64,000 bases of DNA from positions 2,560,001 through 2,624,000 of the forward strand of contig JAKFCY010000002.1 of assembly GCA_036676395.1 (NCBI GenBank), in the 5' to 3' direction. This DNA is from Bdellovibrio sp. (GTDB taxonomy: Bacteria > Bdellovibrionota > Bdellovibrionia > Bdellovibrionales > Bdellovibrionaceae). Positions 57,007 to 64,000 of the stretch are shown here, one piece after another. The translations under genes were made by a program, and so were the position numbers. The notes beneath the pieces are model-generated. The model did not search any database. It saw only the letters and a program-made list of their open reading frames with translations, and was not told the DNA's origin. Numbering within the stretch: the first letter of the stretch is position 1; each line of letters starts with the position of its first letter.

Positions 57007-58578
57007 ATGTTAAAGGTTTTAGTTGTTGATGACGACCAAGCTCTACGCTTTTCGATCCGCTCTGCCTTAGAAGCTACTCGCAGATTCTCTATTGAAGAGG
57101 CTTTCGATGGCGTCAACGCTTTAGAAAAAGTTAAAGCCACTGATAGCACTAAACGTATCTATGACATCGTCATTCTTGATGTGGATATGCCGCGCATGAA
57201 CGGCTTAGCCGCACTTAAAGCGATTAAAGAATTCGATCCAGGCATTATCGTCTTAATGTTAACTGCACACGCGACGGTAGAAGCCGCTGTAGCAGCCGTT
57301 AAAGACGGAGCTTACAACTTTTTATCTAAACCAATCTCGGGTGATGATCTTACAGCCTTAATCGACAGAGCCATCAACGCTCACCGAATGATTTCGAACT
57401 TAGCCGTATCTTCACCGGTGTTTGTTGATGAAGGCCGTAAAATCATCGGTAACACTTCGCAAATGCAAAAAGTTTTTAACGTGATTCATAAGCTTGCTAA
57501 AGTTGATACCCCGGTATTAGTGCGCGGAGCTTCAGGAACAGGTAAAGAGCTTGTTGCTAAAGCCATCCACTTTAACAGCGCCCGTAAAGATGAAAAATTC
57601 GTGGCGATCAACTGTTCGGCGATTCCTGAGAATTTATTTGAATCTGAATTATTTGGTCACGAAAAAGGATCGTTTACTGGTGCTGACCAACGTAAAATCG
57701 GAAAGTTTCAATTTGCTGAAGGCGGAACTTTATTCTTAGATGAAGTTGGCGACATGCCACAGTTGATGCAAGTTAAAATCTTACGTGTATTACAAGAAAA
57801 ATTATTTACTCCGGTTGGATCAAATCGCGAGATTCCTACAAACGTAAGAATTATCGCAGCGACAAACCGTCCGTTAGAAAAAATGATGGAAGAAGGCCGC
57901 TTTCGTGAAGACTTATTCTATCGTTTAAATGTTGTACCTATTATTTTACCTCAGTTAAATGACCGCAAAGATGATTTAGATGTTTTAATTAATATCTTCA
58001 TCAAAAAATTTAACGTAGCTCACGGTAAAAAAATTAATGGCTTAACCAAAGATGCACTTGATGCAATGAAACGTTATAACTGGCCAGGAAATATCCGTGA
58101 ATTAGAGAACGTGATCGAACATTCTTTCGTTCTTGAATCAGGAAATCAGATCACTTTAGGAAGCTTACCAGAAGCGGTTTTGATGGCTGCTGGAATCAGT
58201 TTAATCGACCAAATGGATAAGATTCAGAGTCAATCAGAAACTATGAAGCAAATGAACGGCGCAACTGCTGTAAACATGGGCGTGACAGATTCTGACGACG
58301 ACGATGATTTATCTATTGACGCAGATTCTGAAATCGATGGCGATGATGAAATTGACGGCGAAGTGATCGGCCTAAGTGTTTCACCAAATGGCTTACTTGA
58401 TTTCAATGCACAAAAAGAAGAGTTCGAAAAACAGTTTATTATCAAGGCCTTGAAAACATTTAAAGGCAAAATTAATCAAACAGCATTGCACGCAAACATT
58501 CCGAAAAAGACTTTATTACGTAAAATTGAAAAGTACGGAATCGTGGCGAAAGAATATGCAAAAGTTGATCTTGATTAA
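57007..58578 (+). CDS. sigma54-dependent response regulator (NtrC family: REC-AAA+-HTH)
   Basis: VVDDD...LDVDMP receiver; GASGTGKE; ESELFGHEKGSFTGA; FLDEVG; WPGNIRELEN; C-terminal Fis-type HTH. Confidence 0.95.
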   Translation: MLKVLVVDDDQALRFSIRSALEATRRFSIEEAFDGVNALEKVKATDSTKRIYDIVILDVDMPRMNGLAALKAIKEFDPGIIVLMLTAHATVEAAVAAVKDGAYNFLSKPISGDDLTALIDRAINAHRMISNLAVSSPVFVDEGRKIIGNTSQMQKVFNVIHKLAKVDTPVLVRGASGTGKELVAKAIHFNSARKDEKFVAINCSAIPENLFESELFGHEKGSFTGADQRKIGKFQFAEGGTLFLDEVGDMPQLMQVKILRVLQEKLFTPVGSNREIPTNVRIIAATNRPLEKMMEEGRFREDLFYRLNVVPIILPQLNDRKDDLDVLINIFIKKFNVAHGKKINGLTKDALDAMKRYNWPGNIRELENVIEHSFVLESGNQITLGSLPEAVLMAAGISLIDQMDKIQSQSETMKQMNGATAVNMGVTDSDDDDDLSIDADSEIDGDDEIDGEVIGLSVSPNGLLDFNAQKEEFEKQFIIKALKTFKGKINQTALHANIPKKTLLRKIEKYGIVAKEYAKVDLD

Positions 58579-58672
58579 TAATTGAACTGCATTTTCTTAC
58601 ATAAAATTTTGCATTCGGTAACGTGGTATTACGATTGACTCGAATATAGGGAAACTTTACCGTTGAGTCCCT

Positions 58673-59218
58673 ATGACAGTTAACCCGTTGCCTCCTCAAG
58701 CTTATACCAAAGATACTTTACAGAAAGCGTATTCGTGGCTGTTGTCACAATCGTCTTCTGTTAAAGAAATGGCGCAAGATCAAAATATGTTGGTCAGCCT
58801 TTATCTAAAAGCACAACGTAATGGGGATGCTGTTCTTGAAACTCCAAGCATTCAAAATTTCAAACAAGAATTAAAATCGTTAGCTAACATGATGGGTGAT
58901 TTTCAATCGCCGCAACAGTTAGCTACAGCGGCTTCGCACATGCACGCCCCAGCACATAAACATGCGCCAACAATCCATTCGCATGCTTCGCAAACCAATG
59001 CGACAGCTACCGCAGCAGCGGTTTCTACGTCGCATGTCACGACGACGACGGTTAGTCAGTCGCGTGTATCAACTGATATGAATGCAAATGGTTTTGATCA
59101 AAAAACTTTAGAGGCTATTCAGCAAGTGCGTGAAACTTTTAACTTAAGTTCTGATGCTGAAGCGATCCGCGCCTTAGTGGCGTTAGGAATTAAACAATTC
59201 CGTAAATCTGGTTTATAA
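58673..59218 (+). CDS. Hypothetical cytoplasmic protein
   Basis: 181-aa ORF with His/Ala/Thr-rich linker; C-terminal FNLSSDAEAIRALVALG resembles a ribbon-helix-helix-type helix pair (tentative). Confidence 0.7.
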   Translation: MTVNPLPPQAYTKDTLQKAYSWLLSQSSSVKEMAQDQNMLVSLYLKAQRNGDAVLETPSIQNFKQELKSLANMMGDFQSPQQLATAASHMHAPAHKHAPTIHSHASQTNATATAAAVSTSHVTTTTVSQSRVSTDMNANGFDQKTLEAIQQVRETFNLSSDAEAIRALVALGIKQFRKSGL

Positions 59219-59235
59219 TTTTTCAATTTCAGCGT

Positions 59236-59278
59236 TACAGCAAGTGCGCAAAAAATTTTTAATCGCGCACTTGCTGTA
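59236..59278. terminator. 14-bp perfect inverted repeat between convergent genes, probable terminator
   Basis: TACAGCAAGTGCGC-N15-GCGCACTTGCTGTA. Confidence 0.65.
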
Positions 59279-59302
59279 TAAATTTTTTTAAGTTCTGTTA
59301 AT

Positions 59303-59743
59303 TTAATTTGGCTCAGGTACGAATTTATCAATCGCGCAAAGATAACGTCTTTCTGGCGGATTATCTTTATTCGGCCACCAATAAATGCATTTGATATCTG
59401 CAGTACGGGTAAAACATTTCGGCCCTTCACAGACAGCTCCATTAACGTCTTTTAAAAAGTAGTACAGTTTTTTCGCGACCATACCGGTCTTTTGTACATT
59501 CACGTTATGAAATTCATCGTGCAGCAGACAAGTGTAATTAACTCCACCGTTTACGGCTCTTTGGCAAAGCACAGGTTTTGCCCATTCGCGTGTTTGCATT
59601 TCTGCCGGAAAAGCTGTGCGTAAGCCATATGCGGCTAAGACATTGTATAATTTTTTTGATTGCCCTTCATTTAAAGCAACGGGAACAGCTTGCGCTGCTT
59701 GCGCAAAGGCGAAAAGTAACAAACTTACTAGTAGTGATTTCAT
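59303..59743 (-). CDS. Secreted Cys-rich protein, paralogue 3 of 3
   Basis: Signal peptide (AQA); LNEGQSKKLY; six Cys; WWPNKDNPPERRYLC. Confidence 0.78.
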   Translation of the reverse strand: MKSLLVSLLLFAFAQAAQAVPVALNEGQSKKLYNVLAAYGLRTAFPAEMQTREWAKPVLCQRAVNGGVNYTCLLHDEFHNVNVQKTGMVAKKLYYFLKDVNGAVCEGPKCFTRTADIKCIYWWPNKDNPPERRYLCAIDKFVPEPN

Positions 59744-60252
59744 TTTCGATCTCCATTTTTTGGTTTTGGTTTCGGTTGTGATAAAAGGTATTCAACAGAA
59801 CAAGAATATTTATTAGCAACTAACGAACAGGCCATTTTTTCTGCGGCGTTCATACAAGTTTCGCTGTCATCTTCGCAATCCATAGATACATGCTTAACCA
59901 TCAGCTTGAAAAGCGGATCAGCGATCTTATTATATTTCGTTAGTTCACGCGAGCGAAGGTCATCATACAATGAACACCCGAGCTTGCGGCCATCTTCCAT
60001 ATTTTCGACACAAATCACATCTGAAGCCTGAATATTCTTAGTTTGCGTCTGACGGTCTATAACAACAAGTTTCCATTTGTTAAGCACATCAAACAGCTCT
60101 TTAGAATCGACTTCGTTGAGTTCAGTTTTTACCAATTCAGGCTCTGGCGGAATCACTGGATCAGTGGGTAATTCTTGGGCCCAAGCAGAGTTAAAATAAA
60201 ATTGACCGGTGATAAGTAGCGTAAGAAAACTGCGAAGAATATTCTTTTTCAT
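59740..60252 (-). CDS. Secreted Cys-rich protein, paralogue 2 of 3
   Basis: Signal peptide (AWA); ELNEVDSKELFDVLNKW; six Cys. Confidence 0.78.
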   Translation of the reverse strand: MKKNILRSFLTLLITGQFYFNSAWAQELPTDPVIPPEPELVKTELNEVDSKELFDVLNKWKLVVIDRQTQTKNIQASDVICVENMEDGRKLGCSLYDDLRSRELTKYNKIADPLFKLMVKHVSMDCEDDSETCMNAAEKMACSLVANKYSCSVEYLLSQPKPKPKNGDRK

Positions 60253-60272
60253 GTTGAATCCTAATATAAAAA

Positions 60273-60752
60273 TTAATTCGTTGGAATTGGTGTGCGAATC
60301 GGCTCAAGCCAACAGATGTGACGTCTTCCGATTGGAATAAGAACTGGCGGATTTTTAGGATCCCATGGATGCCAACAACGGATTAAACGAGCTGCCGTTA
60401 AGCATTCTCTGTTTTCTAAATTGTTTGGTCCACAGATTGTTCCCACATGGCGGTCTAATAGTTTTGCTAACCAGCCGGCCGCCTTATCCGAGCGAGTAAG
60501 TTCTTTATCATGATTAGTGTCTAATAAAGTACAACCTGGATATTTGTATTGATCTTTGTTGTCCCAGTAACAACGGGGATCGATTACATCAATGCGGATA
60601 AGACGTCTTTCTTGATCAGCATAGCGGGTTCCCCATTTTGACAGGGCCATATACATATCTTTTGAATCAGCCTCGTTCAGTTCCATGGGGACCACGGCGG
60701 CAAATGCAGATGACGACATCATTAGCACTAGTGCGACTAACAGTTTTTTCAT
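60273..60752 (-). CDS. Secreted Cys-rich protein, paralogue 1 of 3
   Basis: SD AAGGAG; signal peptide (AFA); ELNEADSKDMYMALSKW; six Cys. Confidence 0.78.
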   Translation of the reverse strand: MKKLLVALVLMMSSSAFAAVVPMELNEADSKDMYMALSKWGTRYADQERRLIRIDVIDPRCYWDNKDQYKYPGCTLLDTNHDKELTRSDKAAGWLAKLLDRHVGTICGPNNLENRECLTAARLIRCWHPWDPKNPPVLIPIGRRHICWLEPIRTPIPTN

Positions 60753-60985
60753 AAAAGCTCCTTTTTTATGTTCTTTTTGTTCGTGTTTGTTTTCCAGAGG
60801 CTTCTATTTTAGAAAAACTGCTGCTTTTGTGAATGTATTTATTTTTTGAACGCCCGTAATAAAACCTACCCTGAGGAAACTTGAGATTGTCGGGGTAAGT
60901 TGATCGGGGCCAGTGCAGCGCAAAAAACGACTTAAAGGCCCAGCTAGCCCTACTATCACTGGGGCAGTTGTGCTAAAGTTTTCAG

Positions 60986-63733
60986 ATGCAAAATTCAAAT
61001 AGCCCCGACTACAAAAGCACGATCCGTTTACCGCAAACTGACTTTCCGATGAAAGGTGATTTACCAATTCGCGAACCTCAGATTATTGCTGGTTGGGAAA
61101 AAAATAATATTTATCAAAAGCTGCAGGAGAAAAACAAAAACGGCCCAGGTTTTACAATGCCTGATGGCCCTCCGTACGCGAATGGTTCAATCCATATCGG
61201 CCATGCTTTAAATAAATCTTTAAAAGATTTCGTGATTAAATATAAAAATATGCAAGGGTACTCTGCCCCGTTTATTCCTGGGTGGGATTGCCACGGTCTT
61301 CCGATTGAGCACAAAGTCATGAAAGACCTTGCCGATAAAAAGATAACAAAAACTGATCAAGAAATTCTAGCGCTGTGTCGTGAAGAAGCGACTAAATGGG
61401 TAAATCATCAACGCGAACAGTTCAAAAGATTAGGCGTGTTAGCTGATTGGGAGAACCCGTACCTAACAATGTCGAAACAATACGAAGCTGAAGAGGTTCG
61501 TGAATTCGCCCGCGCGTTCAAACGCGGCGTAATCTATCAAGGTGTAAAACCAGTTTACTGGAATTGGACTTTAAAAACTGCATTAGCTGATGCCGAGATC
61601 GAATACCACGATAAGGTTTCTCCTTCGATCTATGTAAAATTTAATATCACTGATGATAGAACTTTAGCAAAACTTGGAAATCCAAAAGGCACAACTTCAT
61701 ATGTGATCTGGACAACAACGCCATGGACATTGCCTGCTAACGTGGGTATCGCGCTCCATCCTGAATTTGATTACGGCGTATTCTCGTCTAACGGTGAAAA
61801 CCTAGTGATCGCAAAATCATTAAAAGAATTTTTTGAAAAAGACTCAGGTCTTTCTTTAACATTAGTTTCTACTGTAAAAGGTTCTGATTTAGATTTAACT
61901 GAAGCCCGTCACCCATTCTTAGATCGCAAATCCATTGTCGTCTTGGCTGATCACGTAACTGCTGATGCAGGTACTGGCGCGGTTCATACAGCTCCGGGCC
62001 ACGGTGCAGACGATTTCCGTGTTGGACAAAAATATAATTTACCAATTATCAATCCGGTGGCCGAAAACGGAACCTACACTGATGAATTTCCCGAAATGCA
62101 GGGCATGAATATCTTTAAAGCGAATCCTGTGATCATTGAAAAATTAAAAGCTTCAGGGCATTTAATTAAACACACTGATATCACGCACAGCTACCCGCAC
62201 TGCTGGAGATCGAAAACGCCATTAATCTTTAGAACGACGGCGCAATGGTTTATCGGTATCGATCAAGAAAACACCGAGATCAGAAAAAATACTTTAAAAG
62301 CGATGAATGATGTTCAGTTTTTTCCTGAATGGGGTAAAGCGCGTTTTGAAGCGATGATGCAGAATCGTCCCGACTGGTGTTTATCTCGTCAAAGAATCTG
62401 GGGCGTACCAATCCCGATTTATTACAACGAAGAAACTGGCAAACCCTTAGCTGACCTTGATGTTATGATGAAAGTCGCAGATGTTATTGAAGCCGGCGGT
62501 ATCGAAGCGTTTTATACTACCCCTCCAGAAAAAATCATCGGTAAGCCAGGTTATAAACTTGGGCGCGATATTTTAGATGTGTGGTTTGATTCGGGCGTAT
62601 GCCATGCGGCAGTCCAAGCAAAACGCGGATACAAAAATGTTCAGGCTGATATTTACTTAGAAGGTTCTGATCAACATCGCGGCTGGTTTAACACATCAAT
62701 GCTTTCAAGTATGTCGACAACAGGCAAGCCTCCGTTTAAAGCTTTAATCACCCACGGTTTTGTGAATGATTCTCAAGGTCGTAAGATGTCTAAGTCTTTA
62801 GGCAATGTTGTTGATCCAAATGAAATTACAAAACAATCAGGATCTGAGATCGTACGCCTTTGGGCATCGTCAGTAGATTACGGAACAGATGTCGGCTGTG
62901 GTAAGGAAGAATTAACTCGCGTAACTGAGACCTACCGTAAAATCAGAAACACGATGAAATTCTTATTAGGCGCGATCAATGATTTCGATGCCTCTAAAGA
63001 ACAAATCGAAGTTGCAAAAATGCCAATGATTGATCGTTGGATGATGCACCAGTTGAATAAATTAATCACTGAAGTAACTAAAGCTTACGAAGTTTACGAG
63101 TTTTACAAAGTTTACCAATTATTAAATCACTTCTTCACAGTGACTTTGTCTGCAACATACATGGATATCTTAAAAGACCGTATGTACACATGGAAAGCTG
63201 ACGGATTAGAACGTAAGTCGACGCAAACTGTTTACCATCACGTGACTACGTCAGTAATGCGTATGATGGCGCCGATTTTAACTTTCTTAGCTGAAGAAAG
63301 TTATGGTTATATGAAAAATAAAGCGCACGATTCCATCTTGTTAGAATCATTTCCGAAAGCTAACGCTTCTTGGAATGCTCCTGATTTAGATGTGACTTTC
63401 GATGATTTGTTAAGAATTCGCTCTGAAGCGCAAAAGAAATTAGAAGAACTACGCACAGCCAAAACAATCGGAGCAAGCTTAGAAGCTTCATTAAATGTTT
63501 CTGCTGATGGCGAAGCCTTTGCTGCGTTAGAAAAATTAAACTTGTCACATGCAAAATGTAACTTACGTGAATTTTTCATCGTGTCGAATGTAACTTTAGT
63601 TAAAGGACCTTTATCTGTAACAGCTGTTAAAGCTGATGGAGAGAAATGTCTTCGTTGTTGGGTGTACGACACTTTATCAACAGCAGCAAACACACAAGGC
63701 TTATGCCCTAAATGTGTTGAGGCCTTAGCGTAA
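60986..63733 (+). CDS. ileS: Isoleucine--tRNA ligase
   Basis: DGPPYANGSIHIGH, PGWDCHGLPIE, WTTTPWT, EGSDQHRGWF, KMSKS, C-terminal zinc finger CLRCW...CPKC. Confidence 0.98.
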   Translation: MQNSNSPDYKSTIRLPQTDFPMKGDLPIREPQIIAGWEKNNIYQKLQEKNKNGPGFTMPDGPPYANGSIHIGHALNKSLKDFVIKYKNMQGYSAPFIPGWDCHGLPIEHKVMKDLADKKITKTDQEILALCREEATKWVNHQREQFKRLGVLADWENPYLTMSKQYEAEEVREFARAFKRGVIYQGVKPVYWNWTLKTALADAEIEYHDKVSPSIYVKFNITDDRTLAKLGNPKGTTSYVIWTTTPWTLPANVGIALHPEFDYGVFSSNGENLVIAKSLKEFFEKDSGLSLTLVSTVKGSDLDLTEARHPFLDRKSIVVLADHVTADAGTGAVHTAPGHGADDFRVGQKYNLPIINPVAENGTYTDEFPEMQGMNIFKANPVIIEKLKASGHLIKHTDITHSYPHCWRSKTPLIFRTTAQWFIGIDQENTEIRKNTLKAMNDVQFFPEWGKARFEAMMQNRPDWCLSRQRIWGVPIPIYYNEETGKPLADLDVMMKVADVIEAGGIEAFYTTPPEKIIGKPGYKLGRDILDVWFDSGVCHAAVQAKRGYKNVQADIYLEGSDQHRGWFNTSMLSSMSTTGKPPFKALITHGFVNDSQGRKMSKSLGNVVDPNEITKQSGSEIVRLWASSVDYGTDVGCGKEELTRVTETYRKIRNTMKFLLGAINDFDASKEQIEVAKMPMIDRWMMHQLNKLITEVTKAYEVYEFYKVYQLLNHFFTVTLSATYMDILKDRMYTWKADGLERKSTQTVYHHVTTSVMRMMAPILTFLAEESYGYMKNKAHDSILLESFPKANASWNAPDLDVTFDDLLRIRSEAQKKLEELRTAKTIGASLEASLNVSADGEAFAALEKLNLSHAKCNLREFFIVSNVTLVKGPLSVTAVKADGEKCLRCWVYDTLSTAANTQGLCPKCVEALA

Positions 63734-63734
63734 T

Positions 63735-64000
63735 ATGCGCCAAAAGCTAATTTACCTAATGACGATTTCAAGTTTAGTGATTGCTGCTGACCAGCTCACT
63801 AAACTTTTAGTGCACACAAAGTTTCAGTTACATGAAAGCCGTGTTGTGATTGAAAATTATTTTAATATCACTTACGTCAGAAACTTTGGCGCAGCTTTTG
63901 GAATTTTAGCGCAAACACCCGCGGTTTTTCGCGAAGTGTTTTTCTTGTCGATGCCGCCACTAGCCTGTTCGCTGATTTTATACATCATCTGGGGTTTGAA
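63735..64000 (+). CDS. lspA: Lipoprotein signal peptidase II, 5' part only
   Basis: ATG 63735 right after ileS: MRQKLIYLMTISSLVIAADQLTK...FNITYVRNFGAAFG; classic ileS-lspA order. Confidence 0.93.
   Translation, partial: MRQKLIYLMTISSLVIAADQLTKLLVHTKFQLHESRVVIENYFNITYVRNFGAAFGILAQTPAVFREVFFLSMPPLACSLILYIIWGL

Noticed and set aside
700..63771. Numerous short antisense or overlapping ORFs in the track (e.g. 3439-3666, 25892-26299, 27944-28321, 63307-63771)
   Set aside because: They mostly lie opposite or within well-supported genes, lack SD or motifs, and are shadow ORFs.
1..64000. CRISPR array, tRNA, rRNA, IS element or prophage
   Set aside because: No regularly spaced repeats, cloverleaf, transposase or phage structural cluster recognised; the tail-fibre-like gene has a signal peptide and is a host adhesin.

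Overview
AT-rich chromosomal window from a Bdellovibrio-like predatory bacterium; the assignment is inferred from gene content (MAT-type fibre adhesin, DUF4423/TIGR02147 protein, deltaproteobacterial-type flagellar cluster, H1-like-GroES fusion). From left to right it contains: (1) a tightly coupled minus-strand operon with a MotA homologue, a non-canonical MotB lacking the OmpA domain, two Cys-rich YGGR-repeat DUF1566 lipoproteins, a large NHL-repeat lipoprotein and a secreted protein; (2) a 2197-aa phage-tail-fibre-like adhesin with an S74 chaperone domain; (3) the fliL-fliM-fliN-fliO-fliP-fliQ-fliR-flhB-flhA-flhF-flhG-fliA operon behind a clear sigma54 promoter; (4) housekeeping and envelope genes (suhB, SPOR protein, uvrD/pcrA, metalloproteases, kamA-family enzyme, class A PBP, ileS, lspA); (5) a 1.5-kb two-gene cassette bracketed by an exact 33-bp duplicated terminator, next to a candidate structured RNA. 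The most interesting locus is 51634-58578: CHASE2-type kinase, sigma54 promoter, radical SAM/SPASM maturase, an unannotated 27-aa SCIFF-like single-Cys peptide (54907-54990), a second CHASE2 kinase and a sigma54 activator. This is the architecture expected of a RiPP-based autoinducing (quorum-sensing-like) circuit. No rRNA, tRNA, CRISPR array or transposase was recognised.
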